Positions 16,671 through 26,066 are shown, counted from the first letter of the stretch. The stretch: DNA of 61,609 bases from Desulfovibrionales bacterium (GCA_046542715.1 JBKHAV010000003.1:1-61609); one strand, 5' to 3'. Made by a program: numbers and translations. The notes: generated by a model not told the origin, from the letters alone.

Positions 16671-18793
16671 CGACATCTTCGCTGGCGGACGACCGCACCC
16701 GGGTCATCAAGGAGGGAGAGACCTTTGGCGTGTTCGACCGCTACGGGGACATCCAGCCTGTGGGCATGGGACAGCAGGGGCTCTATCACTTCGGGACCCG
16801 CTTCCTTTCGCGGCTGGAACTTTTTCTGGGGGGAGTCCGACCCCTGCTGCTGAGTTCAGGAGTGGACGACGACAATCTGTTCTTTTCCGTTGATCTGGCC
16901 AATCCCGATCTGTGCATGAAGGGGCAGCACGTCCACAGGGAAACCGTGCACATCTACCGCTCCAAGCACCTGTGGCAAGGAACGCTGTACGAGTACATCC
17001 GGGTGCGCAACTTCAATACCGATTCCATCCCCTTTGCCCTGACCCTGGGGTTTGGAGCCGATTTCATGGATATTTTCGAAGTCAGGGGGCAGGAGCGCAG
17101 CCAGCGGGGGACGTATCAGGAGCCCGAGATCAACGGCAACGTGGTGAGCATGCGCTACGACGGGCTGGATGACCAAATCAGGGAGGTGCGCCTGGGATTT
17201 CATCCTGAGCCTTCGGCAATGCAAAAGGACGAGATCACCTATGAGAGCATGCTCCAAGGCCGGGAATCCAGGGAGTTTTGGGTAACCTGCTCCTGCCGCA
17301 CCCAGGTGGCAACCGGCCCGGTACTCCTGTCCCACCCCGAATCTGCCGGCAAAGTCCGCACCAGGGTAGAGGAGTTGAGCCGCGGGGAGTGCATCGTGTC
17401 CACCTCGGACGAAAGCTTCAACGCTCTTTTGCATCGTTCCATAGCAGACCTGCGGATGATGATGACCGAGACGGAACAGGGTATCTATCCCTATGCCGGG
17501 GTGCCCTGGTTCAGCGCCCCGTTCGGGCGGGACGGCATCATTACGGCCCTGCAGACGCTCTGGATTGCGCCGGAAATCTCCAAGGGGGTGCTCCTGTACC
17601 TGGCCAGGACCCAGGCGGTGGAGATTTCAGAAATGGGGGATGCCGAACCGGGCAAGATCATCCACGAGGTCCGAGAGGGGGAGATGGCCAGGCTCGGGGA
17701 AGTGCCTTTTGCCAGATACTACGGGACCATCGACGCCACTCCCCTGTTTGTGTTTCTTGCCGCCGAGTACTTCCGCAGGACCGGGGAGACGGAGTTTATC
17801 GAGTCTATCTGGCCGAACATCGAACGGGCGCTCTCGTGGATGGAGGAGTTTGGGGACAGCGACGGGGACGGCTTTCTCGAATACGAGAGAAAAACCGCCA
17901 AGGGGCTGCTCAACCAGGGATGGAAGGATTCAGGGGATTCCATCTGCCACGCGGACGGCTCCCTGGCCCGAGGACCGATCGCCTTGTGCGAGGTCCAGGG
18001 CTATGCTTACGGTGCTTTGATCGGCGCTGCAAAGCTCGCCAGGGCACTTGGGAAGGACGGACAGGTCGAGAGGCTGGTCAGAAAGGCAGCGGATCTGAAG
18101 CAACGATTCGATGAAGAGTTCTGGATGGAAGACCTGGGCATGTACGCCCTTGCTCTGGACGGGGAGAAAAAACCCTGCCGTGTCCATTCATCCAATGCCG
18201 GGCAGTGCCTTTTCAGCGGCATCGCGCCCCCGGACAAGGCTGAGATCATGGCCCGGGCGCTTCTGGAAGAAGAATTTTTCTCCGGTTGGGGGATCAGGAC
18301 GCTCTCCACCCGGGAAGTCTTTTACAATCCCATGTCCTACCATAACGGATCCGTCTGGCCCCACGATACCTCCCTTATCGGCTGGGGCCTGTCCCTTCAT
18401 GGGCTCAACGGCAAATCCAGAAAAATTTTCGAAGGACTTTTGGCTGCCAGTTCTTATTTCGACGAACGCAGGCTTCCGGAACTGTTCTGCGGATTCAAGC
18501 GTCGTTCAGGGGAGGGTCCCACTCTCTACCCGGTAGCCTGTTCGCCGCAGTCATGGGCTTCCGGCTCCATCCTCCTGCTGTTCCAGAGCTGCCTGGGGAT
18601 GAGCATCCACGCCCACAAGGGTGAGATCCGGTTCCACCATCCGACCCTGCCCCGGTCCCTCGAGCACGTCCATATCAGAAACCTGAAGGTGGGAGCGGGC
18701 TGCGTCGATATCGTCATCAAACGTCACCTCAAAGACGTGAGCATCTATGTGACGCGCAGAAAAGGGGACGTGCAGATCCTGACCTACAAGTAA
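16628..18793 (+). CDS. amylo-alpha-1,6-glucosidase / glycogen-debranching-type (GDE_C) protein
   Basis: N-terminal GDE_N-bacterial-like region (GLYHFGTRFLS). C-terminal (alpha/alpha)6 region (GVPWFSAPFGRDG, GWKDSGDS, YHNGSVWPHD). GTG start overlaps the GT4 gene by 43 nt. Confidence 0.85.
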   Translation: MERIICVDDQYYILATSSLADDRTRVIKEGETFGVFDRYGDIQPVGMGQQGLYHFGTRFLSRLELFLGGVRPLLLSSGVDDDNLFFSVDLANPDLCMKGQHVHRETVHIYRSKHLWQGTLYEYIRVRNFNTDSIPFALTLGFGADFMDIFEVRGQERSQRGTYQEPEINGNVVSMRYDGLDDQIREVRLGFHPEPSAMQKDEITYESMLQGRESREFWVTCSCRTQVATGPVLLSHPESAGKVRTRVEELSRGECIVSTSDESFNALLHRSIADLRMMMTETEQGIYPYAGVPWFSAPFGRDGIITALQTLWIAPEISKGVLLYLARTQAVEISEMGDAEPGKIIHEVREGEMARLGEVPFARYYGTIDATPLFVFLAAEYFRRTGETEFIESIWPNIERALSWMEEFGDSDGDGFLEYERKTAKGLLNQGWKDSGDSICHADGSLARGPIALCEVQGYAYGALIGAAKLARALGKDGQVERLVRKAADLKQRFDEEFWMEDLGMYALALDGEKKPCRVHSSNAGQCLFSGIAPPDKAEIMARALLEEEFFSGWGIRTLSTREVFYNPMSYHNGSVWPHDTSLIGWGLSLHGLNGKSRKIFEGLLAASSYFDERRLPELFCGFKRRSGEGPTLYPVACSPQSWASGSILLLFQSCLGMSIHAHKGEIRFHHPTLPRSLEHVHIRNLKVGAGCVDIVIKRHLKDVSIYVTRRKGDVQILTYK

Positions 18794-18972
18794 CAGAGTA
18801 TTTCATACAATTGAAATTATGGGTTGGCACTCCTGGGCCTGATTCTTTTCCATTCGGGGTTGTCTTCACATCAATGCTATACACTCGTTGAACTCTTTCT
18901 TATTATGCGTCCTTTCCAGCGGGTTTTTCAAATGCATACGAAAGGCCCGGCCCAAAGACAGAAGGAGTATTC

Positions 18973-20679
18973 ATGACCAAGCATGTAGTAGTTATCGGGG
19001 CAGTGGCGGCAGGGCCCAAATCGGCCTGCCGGTTCAAACGACTCATGCCGGAAGCCCGGGTGACCATGATCGATAGAAGCGACACCATCTCCTACGGCGG
19101 GTGCGGGATTCCCTATTTCGTATCCGGCGAGGTCTCCGAGTCCATGCAGCTTCGGACCACCAGCTTTCACATGGTCCGGGACGAGACCTTCTTCCGGGAG
19201 GTCAAGGGGGTGGACGTTCTTTCCCTGACGGAAGCCACCCGCATCGACCGAAACGAGAAAACCGTGCACATCCGCAATGTCAAAACAGGGGAAACTGGGG
19301 TTTTGGACTACGACAGGCTGGTGATTGCCACCGGCTCCAGGCCACGCCGGCTCGGTCTTCCGGGCGAAGACCTCGAAGGGGTGCATTACGTCTCCAGCAT
19401 CCCTGAGGCGGTGGGGATCCGCAAGGCAGTGACCAGGGGGCTGGTCGAAAAGGCCGTGGTGGTGGGCGCCGGGTTTATCGGCCTGGAAATGGCCGAGGCC
19501 TTTGCCGACATGTGGGGCATCGAGACCACGGTGGTGGAGATCGCTGACCAGATCATGCCCCACTACATCAGTCCGGAGCTGGCCAGGATGGGACAGCGGC
19601 ACATGGAGGAAAAAGGGGTTCATTTTCTTCTGGGCGAGACTGTTAAGCGGCTGGAGGGAGACGGCCGGGTCACCCGTCTGGTCACGGACAAGCAGACCAT
19701 CGATGCAGACGTGGTGGTCATCTCCGTGGGGGTGCTGCCCAACAGCGAACTGGCCCTGCAGTGCGGGCTCGACGTGTCGGACCGGGGCGGCATCCGGGTC
19801 AACGACCGGATGCAGACCTCAGACCCGGATATCTTTTCCGGGGGGGATTGCGTGGAGATCATCCATCAGGTCACGGGCAAGCCGTTTTATCTGCCCATGG
19901 GCTCCATGGCCAACCGTCAGGGCCGGGTCATCGGCACGAACCTGGCCGGGGGCGATGCCCGGTTTCCCGGGGCTTCGGGATCGTTCGTGGTCAAACTCTT
20001 CGACAGCTCCATCGCCGGGGCAGGGCTTTGCCTCAGTACGGCCAGAAACCAGGGGTTTGACGCCATGAGCGTGCTCCTGGTTCAGCTCGACAGGGCCCAT
20101 TTTTTCCCGACCAAGGAACTCATGACTCTGGAACTCGTGGTGGAAAAGCCCACCAGGAAAATCCTTGGCATCCAGGGGTTCGGCAGCGCCGGCGACGCCA
20201 TGGTCGGGCGGATCAATGCGGTGGCCGGCATCCTCAAGCATCAGCCGACAATCGAGGATATCAGCAACTTCGAGATGGCGTACTCCCCCCCCTTCTCGGC
20301 GGCCGTGGATATCCTCAACACCTTGGGCAATATGGCTGACAATGCCCTGGCCGGCATGAACCGGGGGGTGGGCCCGGCAGAGTTTCAGGAGTTCTGGAAC
20401 GAGCGCGACAGCGGGACCTATTTTTTCCTCGACTGCCGTGAGGAGGCTGACGCGAAGCAGTATGTGGAAAAGTTTCCCGAGCACTGGCACAACATCCCCC
20501 AAGGCAAGATTGCAGAACGAATCGAAGAGCTGCCAAAGGACCGAAAAGTGGTTCTGGTCTGCAATACCGGGGGGCGTTCCTACGAGGCTCAGATCACGCT
20601 GGACCGGAAGGGGGTGGATGAGGTGATCAACCTTCACGGCGGCATGGCGGCCCTGAAGCATTGGGGGGGCGACCTCTAA
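18973..20679 (+). CDS. CoA-disulfide-reductase-type flavoprotein with C-terminal rhodanese domain (Npsr-like)
   Basis: VVVIGAVAAGPK FAD motif; SYGGCGIPY redox Cys; second Rossmann VVGAGFIGLE; rhodanese loop CNTGGRS. AAGGAG RBS. Confidence 0.85.
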   Translation: MTKHVVVIGAVAAGPKSACRFKRLMPEARVTMIDRSDTISYGGCGIPYFVSGEVSESMQLRTTSFHMVRDETFFREVKGVDVLSLTEATRIDRNEKTVHIRNVKTGETGVLDYDRLVIATGSRPRRLGLPGEDLEGVHYVSSIPEAVGIRKAVTRGLVEKAVVVGAGFIGLEMAEAFADMWGIETTVVEIADQIMPHYISPELARMGQRHMEEKGVHFLLGETVKRLEGDGRVTRLVTDKQTIDADVVVISVGVLPNSELALQCGLDVSDRGGIRVNDRMQTSDPDIFSGGDCVEIIHQVTGKPFYLPMGSMANRQGRVIGTNLAGGDARFPGASGSFVVKLFDSSIAGAGLCLSTARNQGFDAMSVLLVQLDRAHFFPTKELMTLELVVEKPTRKILGIQGFGSAGDAMVGRINAVAGILKHQPTIEDISNFEMAYSPPFSAAVDILNTLGNMADNALAGMNRGVGPAEFQEFWNERDSGTYFFLDCREEADAKQYVEKFPEHWHNIPQGKIAERIEELPKDRKVVLVCNTGGRSYEAQITLDRKGVDEVINLHGGMAALKHWGGDL

Positions 20680-20702
20680 CGCCGCAGGGACCTTGTGGAG
20701 GT

Positions 20703-21332
20703 TCAGGGGCGGTCCTTGACCTCCCATTGTGAAAGCGGCCCATCCCCCTTGATAACGAAGCCCAGCTGAAGGAGCCATTTTGCCACGACCGTGTTGGAGT
20801 TGTGACGCAGGGTATAGGGTACTGGGTGCCGGACGAACTCCAGGTCGAATTCCGGGGCATAGCGCAGGGTTTTTCCATTGCCGGTGAACAGCTCTTCCAG
20901 GTGCTGCGTAAGAGAGGCCACCTGTTGTGCGCCGGCTTCCAGGGTGAAGATTTCCTCGATGGGCACGACAACCTCCCTGCGGACGGAATCCACTGCGGCC
21001 GGCCCGGGGAGTACTTTCCGGCCCAGGCCGGCCGGGCTGGGGCCGAAAAGCGCGCGGCTGCCCTGAGTGGGGCCGGTGTGCCGCCTGACATACCACTCCC
21101 AGTCGCCATAGGCGTACCGCACCATGTTTTCCCCGGCGGGCAGAACCAGGCTGGCATGCCGTCCATGGTCAAGGAGGAACACCGGGACCGGGTCTTTTGG
21201 CGAGGGCGGAGGAACGACCGTGTACCCGCACCCGGACAGCAAGGAAATGCCAAGACCCAGGAGGGCCGAAAGGAGGAGCCCTTTGAGGCGACATGCTGCA
21301 GGCGACCGGATGGTGTTCTCTCCCGTGTTCAT
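20703..21332 (-). CDS. lipoprotein, DUF2459-like
   Basis: Lipobox LLSGC. The VFLLDHGRHASLVLP segment is as I recall it for the DUF2459/TIGR02117 family. Confidence 0.6.
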   Translation of the reverse strand: MNTGENTIRSPAACRLKGLLLSALLGLGISLLSGCGYTVVPPPSPKDPVPVFLLDHGRHASLVLPAGENMVRYAYGDWEWYVRRHTGPTQGSRALFGPSPAGLGRKVLPGPAAVDSVRREVVVPIEEIFTLEAGAQQVASLTQHLEELFTGNGKTLRYAPEFDLEFVRHPVPYTLRHNSNTVVAKWLLQLGFVIKGDGPLSQWEVKDRP

Positions 21333-21495
21333 TCAGATCCGCACAAGAAGACCGTATCCTACGACACTCTCCTTTTCCGGGAAAGACCCGGGGAAATGCT
21401 TCGGCGCCACCCGGACGGACTGGACAGGGACAATACAATAGCTATTTCAGCGTGTTCATGGCATATACTCAAGTGAAGAACCCCAGGGACGCAGA

Positions 21496-23214
21496 ATGAA
21501 GCCAGAGATCATGCGCAAGGAATACAGTCTGTTCAGGGACAGGGTCGTGGACCTGTTCATGCAGCTCAGCGATCTGACGTTGCACATGGGGGACAAGGAT
21601 CTCAGGGATATCGCGGCCGGACTGATCAAAAACGTGAACGCCCCGTTTCTTTTCGTGGTCGTGGGGGAAGTCAAGTCGGGCAAGAGCAGCTTCATCAACG
21701 CCCTGCTTGGCGAAGAGCTTTGCGCCGTGGCCCCTGACCCCTGCACGGACGTCATCCAAAAGATCGTGTACGCGGACGAACCTTTTGAGCGAACCATCTC
21801 GGATCAGGTCCGGGAGATCGGACAACCCAGCGAAATCCTGCGGGAGATCGCCATCGTGGACACCCCGGGCACCAACAGCATCATCGAACACCATCAGGAG
21901 ATCACGGAACGATTCATTCCGGAGAGCGACCTGGTCCTGTTCGTGTTCTCGGCAGTCAATCCCTATTCCAAAACAGCCTGGGACCTGTTCAGACTGGTCC
22001 ATGCGAACTGGCACAAGAAGATCCTATTCATCCTGCAGCAGGCAGACAGGGCCACGGACCAGGAACTGGCGGTAAACGAGGACCGGGTGGTGCAGTATGC
22101 CCGGGGATTGGGTGTTCAGACCCCGCGGGTGTTTCGGGTTTCCGCCAAACGGGCCATGGAGGGAGCACCAGACAGCGGAATCGAACAGGTCTGGGAATTC
22201 GTCCAGGACACGGTCACAGGGGGCAGGCATTACCTCTTGAAAATGGAGTCGCTGCTCTCCACCGCCTTTTCGGTTCTGGACAGGGTGGGGGAAGACCTGA
22301 AGGTCCTTCAGCAGGGACTGACCAATGACCGGGCCGAGGCGGAGAAAATTCAGGCGGCCATGAAGCGGGGGCGGGAGATCTCCCTTCGAGAGATCCAGAT
22401 CCTCAACGCCAGGCTGCTGCAGTCATACGTCCGGGTCGCCGACGAGATCGTGGAGGAGTTCGAGGAAGGGCTCTCGGTGCCCAACCTCGTGCGGAATTCG
22501 TTCAAGGGGTTCTTCAGCCGCAAGAACGCGTTCAAACAATGGCTGGAGGAGTTGACCGAACGGTTCAACGAAAAACTCACCCGTGAAGTGGACGTCATGA
22601 GCAGGGAGGCCTCGGAGTTCATTGCCGAGCACATTGTCCTGTCCATGGAGGAACTCTTGTCCGATCTCAAGGAGGCGGGAAAGACCAGACCGAGCATGAA
22701 CATCGGGTCCGTGACCCGCAGGAGGTTCAAGGTCGTCGAGGAGGTCGTTGTCCGTCTGGCTACGCTCATGCAGGACAAGAGCATGAGCGAGAGGCTTCAG
22801 CCCAAGGGATTGCGCCAGATCGGCGACCGGACGCTCCTCGGGGGGTTCATTACCGCTTTGGGCGCGATCATCGCCGGGGCGGCACATGCCGCGGTATTTG
22901 ACGTGACCGGGGGAATCGTGACCACCTTCGGAGCGCTTTTGGCCCTCAATACCATTGTGTTCAAGCGTCGTTCCGCAGTCAAAAAGTTCAGGGAGGGATT
23001 TGCCCAGGGCAGGATTGCCTTTCAGGAGGAACTCGAAACCCGGCTCGCAGAGCAGATCGGACTCGTCTACGAAGAACTGGAAGGCGCTTTTGCCCCCTTT
23101 TTCGAAAATATTGCGCAACGGGAGGAGGACTTTTCAACTCTGTCCCAAAAGATCGGGTCTCTGGCAGAAGAACTCTCGCATGAACGTGACCGCCTTGGGT
23201 CCATGATGTCGTAA
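21496..23214 (+). CDS. bacterial dynamin-like GTPase (572 aa)
   Basis: G1 GEVKSGKSSFINALLG, G3 DTPG, G4-like LQQAD. Long helical stalk. Hydrophobic paddle LLGGFITALGAIIAGAAHAAVFDVTGGIVTTFGALLALNTIVF. Confidence 0.85.
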   Translation: MKPEIMRKEYSLFRDRVVDLFMQLSDLTLHMGDKDLRDIAAGLIKNVNAPFLFVVVGEVKSGKSSFINALLGEELCAVAPDPCTDVIQKIVYADEPFERTISDQVREIGQPSEILREIAIVDTPGTNSIIEHHQEITERFIPESDLVLFVFSAVNPYSKTAWDLFRLVHANWHKKILFILQQADRATDQELAVNEDRVVQYARGLGVQTPRVFRVSAKRAMEGAPDSGIEQVWEFVQDTVTGGRHYLLKMESLLSTAFSVLDRVGEDLKVLQQGLTNDRAEAEKIQAAMKRGREISLREIQILNARLLQSYVRVADEIVEEFEEGLSVPNLVRNSFKGFFSRKNAFKQWLEELTERFNEKLTREVDVMSREASEFIAEHIVLSMEELLSDLKEAGKTRPSMNIGSVTRRRFKVVEEVVVRLATLMQDKSMSERLQPKGLRQIGDRTLLGGFITALGAIIAGAAHAAVFDVTGGIVTTFGALLALNTIVFKRRSAVKKFREGFAQGRIAFQEELETRLAEQIGLVYEELEGAFAPFFENIAQREEDFSTLSQKIGSLAEELSHERDRLGSMMS

Positions 23215-23300
23215 TCCGGTCCATCAAAAGAGGGCCGCAACAGTGGAGAAAAATCCGACAGCAGAAAACAGCTGGTGAATGCGTCGACCAGGAGGAATTC

Positions 23301-23468
23301 ATGGGCAGAAAATGTGCCGAGTGTGATGCTCAAATAGAGGAGAAGGCGGCAATCTGTCCCCAATGCGGAGCCCCGGTCAAAAAAGCGTTCAGCAGGGGCA
23401 TAGGAACAGCTGTTGTCGGCCTTGCAGTTGCGGCGCTGATCATCCTTCTTGTTAGAAGCTGTGGTTGA
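23301..23468 (+). CDS. 55-aa zinc-ribbon plus single-TM protein (below the ORF-track size cutoff)
   Basis: AGGAGGA 5 nt upstream of the ATG. Translates to MGRKCAECDAQIEEKAAICPQCGAPVKKAFSRGIGTAVVGLAVAALIILLVRSCG, giving CxxC-x11-CxxC followed by a hydrophobic helix. Confidence 0.55.
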   Translation: MGRKCAECDAQIEEKAAICPQCGAPVKKAFSRGIGTAVVGLAVAALIILLVRSCG

Positions 23469-23554
23469 AGTTTTCTCTCTTCCTTTTCCGTCATTTTCTC
23501 AGGGGAGGCTCCTGATCCGCTGCCCACGGTCCCGGAGGACAAAGGGCATCGTGA

Positions 23555-25879
23555 TCAATCATCATTCTTTTCGGCAAGAATCCGACACTGGCCGTAGTAG
23601 GCCTGGCCCAAAGCGATGCAGGCGTCGTTGGGGGGCAGCATGGTGTGGACCAGGGGGGTCAGGCCGTGGGCCTCGAGCGCTGCCGGGAGGTGTGTGCTCA
23701 TGGTAAGGTTTTGCATCACTCCGCCGCTTAGGGCCACGTTTGTGCAGGAGGTCTGTTCAGCGATCAGGGCGGCCCAGGCGGCAAGGCCTTGGACCAGTCC
23801 CAAATGGAACCGGCGACTGATGATCCGAGCATCCACCCCCTTGTCCCAGTCGCGGCGCACTGCATCGAACAGGGCCAGCGTGTCCAGGCGAAGCAGCGTG
23901 CCGTCCGTAGAGGTCGGACATTCGTAGCGACCTTGTTCGGAAGGGTCCTGGATGTTTTCCAGGGCTATGGCGGCCTGACCTTCGTACTCGATGACCAGCT
24001 TCACGCCCAACATGGCGGAGACCGCATCGAAGAGCCTGCCGCAGCTGGTGGTCACCGGACAGTTGATCCCTTTTTCCAGGATTTGGCCCACCATGCGGGC
24101 GGCCGAGCCGTATTCCAAAAGCCAGGGCCAGGGTCGGTTCTGCGGCTCGGTGATTCCCAGAGCATGGAGGTATCCCTGGGCGATGCGCCAGGGCTCGCGG
24201 ATGGCGGCCTCACCCCCGGGGAGCAGGGTGGGAGAAAAAGCCCCCAGACGGGTGTGCGCACCCTTGACCGGGTCCACCAGCAGGCACTCCCCGCCCCACA
24301 GGGTGTTGTCCTCGCCGAACCCGGTCCCGTCCAGGGCCAGCCCCAGGGCCGGTTCCAGCATCCGGTGCTCGGCAAGAACGGCATAGATATGGGCGGCGTG
24401 GTGCTGCAGACGCAGGACCGGTGACTCTTTTTGTTCAAGTGCGAACCGCGTGGTCAGGTAATCAGGGTGCAGGTCGGCCACGAGAGTTTCCGGCCGGGTG
24501 CGCAGGATGTCTTGAAGATGGTCGCGCATCTCCTCCCAGAATCCCATGGTTTCCAGATTTTCCATGTCCCCGATATGCTGGGAGACAAACCCCTTGTCCC
24601 CCTTGGTCAGGGCCAGCGTGCACTTGAGTTGGGGGCCGGTTCCAAAGACCGGCGGTCCCTTGCGGGGCAGAAAGACCGGTGCAGGGGTGAACCCCCTGGC
24701 CCTGCGCAGGAACTGGGGCTGTTCACTGACCGGATTGATCCGAACCACGGAGTCGTCACAGCGGACAAGGATGTCGCGGTCGTGCAGGAGAAAGACATCT
24801 GCGATGGCCCCAAGCCGGGACAGGGCTTCCCGGTTCCCCAGGGCAATGGGCTCTGAGGAGAGGTTTCCCGAGGTCATGACCAGGACCGGGGGCTGGTCCG
24901 GAGCAAGCGCGGTCCGGAGGAGGTGCAGAACAAGGTGGTGCAGGGGCGTGTAGGGAAGCATGAGGCCGAGGCGGTCGGTATCCGGGGAGAGGTCTGGTGA
25001 GAGCATGGGGTGGCGTCTGGAGCGCAACAAAACAATGGGCCGCTGCGTGCCGACAAGCCATTCCTGTTCAGCCGGTGAAACTGAAGCTATGACCCTGGCG
25101 GTGTCCACGTCCGGAACCATGACCGCCAGGGGTTTGCCCCGCCTGTTTTTTCTGCGTCGAAGTTCCTCGACCGCTTCAGAGTTCAGGGCGCTGCAGGCCA
25201 GGTGGAATCCCCCAAGCCCCTTGATGGCTGCGATCTTGCCCCGGGCGAGCGCATCAGCAGTTTTTCGGAGAGCCTCATGACCCTCGGCAATGGTTCGCCC
25301 TTCCCTGTCCGTCATCCACACCCGCGGCCCGCATACCGGGCAGGCATTGGGCTGGGCGTGAAACCGCCTGTCCATGGGGTCTTCATACTCCTGCAGACAG
25401 TCCGCGCACATGGGGAAGCAGGCCATGGAGGTCTGGGGCCGGTCATAGGGGATGGACCGGGTGATGGTGTACCTCGGACCGCAGTTGGTGCAGTTGGTGA
25501 AGGGATAGAAGTGCCGGCGATCGCCGGGGTCGAAGATTTCCCTCAGGCAGTCCGGGCAGGTGGCCACATCCGGGCTGATCAGGACCTGGTGCCCCTCCCC
25601 TCCGGTGGACGTGTGAATGGCGAATCCCTTTTCGCCGGGAACCGTGTCGATGTCCTGATGCCGGAGGTCCGTGATCCTGGCCAGGGGAGGCAGGCCGGCG
25701 TCGAATGTCCGGAGGAAATCCTCTATCTGCGCGGAGCTGCCCTGGATCTGGACGATCACCCCTTCAGGGGCGTTCTTGACCCAGCCGCTCACGCCGGAAT
25801 GGACGGCAACACGGAAGACAAACGGCCTGAAGCCCACTCCCTGGACCTGGCCCTGCACGGTGAGTTGTTTGCGGATCAT
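23555..25879 (-). CDS. hypF: [NiFe]-hydrogenase maturation carbamoyltransferase HypF
   Basis: Acylphosphatase VQGQVQGVGFRPFV; two CxxC-x18-CxxC zinc-finger pairs (CPDC..CTNC, CADC..CPVC); YrdC-like and Kae1-like halves. ATG at 25879. Confidence 0.95.
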   Translation of the reverse strand: MIRKQLTVQGQVQGVGFRPFVFRVAVHSGVSGWVKNAPEGVIVQIQGSSAQIEDFLRTFDAGLPPLARITDLRHQDIDTVPGEKGFAIHTSTGGEGHQVLISPDVATCPDCLREIFDPGDRRHFYPFTNCTNCGPRYTITRSIPYDRPQTSMACFPMCADCLQEYEDPMDRRFHAQPNACPVCGPRVWMTDREGRTIAEGHEALRKTADALARGKIAAIKGLGGFHLACSALNSEAVEELRRRKNRRGKPLAVMVPDVDTARVIASVSPAEQEWLVGTQRPIVLLRSRRHPMLSPDLSPDTDRLGLMLPYTPLHHLVLHLLRTALAPDQPPVLVMTSGNLSSEPIALGNREALSRLGAIADVFLLHDRDILVRCDDSVVRINPVSEQPQFLRRARGFTPAPVFLPRKGPPVFGTGPQLKCTLALTKGDKGFVSQHIGDMENLETMGFWEEMRDHLQDILRTRPETLVADLHPDYLTTRFALEQKESPVLRLQHHAAHIYAVLAEHRMLEPALGLALDGTGFGEDNTLWGGECLLVDPVKGAHTRLGAFSPTLLPGGEAAIREPWRIAQGYLHALGITEPQNRPWPWLLEYGSAARMVGQILEKGINCPVTTSCGRLFDAVSAMLGVKLVIEYEGQAAIALENIQDPSEQGRYECPTSTDGTLLRLDTLALFDAVRRDWDKGVDARIISRRFHLGLVQGLAAWAALIAEQTSCTNVALSGGVMQNLTMSTHLPAALEAHGLTPLVHTMLPPNDACIALGQAYYGQCRILAEKNDD

Positions 25880-25955
25880 GTCTCGTTCTTTTGGCTCTGC
25901 AAATGGTTCCGGAGAAGTACCCCTCCGGAGGCTTGTTGTCCAATAGATAAGGATG

Positions 25956-26066
25956 AAGAAGCGAGCAGTAAATAGTAAGCAGCGAGCAGCAAGCAGGAAA
26001 GGCAAAAGGCAGGAAGATCGAAACAGGAAAAGAGGAATTCACGAATCCACGAAGAATCGAATCACG
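25956..26066 (+). repeat. purine-rich tract with 7-nt periodicity (copy 1), followed by GAATNCAC-like octamers
   Basis: Heptads read aagaagc|gagcagt|aaatagt|aagcagc|gagcagc|aagcagg|aaaggca|aaaggca|ggaagat. Then gaattcac|gaatccac|gaagaatc|gaatcacg. Same architecture as 55914-55983. Confidence 0.8.

Noticed and set aside
18820-18845. Sigma-54 promoter-like TGGCAC (also TGGCTATGAAATTCG on the minus strand near 7470)
   Set aside because: The -12 element is missing or mis-spaced: GC is one position off at 18.8 kb, and TTCG replaces TTGC at 7.47 kb.
25880-26005. N-terminal 42-codon extension of hypF given by the ORF track (start at 26005)
   Set aside because: The extension runs through the 7-nt-periodic repeat tract and gives a nonsensical peptide (MPFLLAARCLLFTARFF...). 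The canonical acylphosphatase domain begins right after the ATG at 25879.
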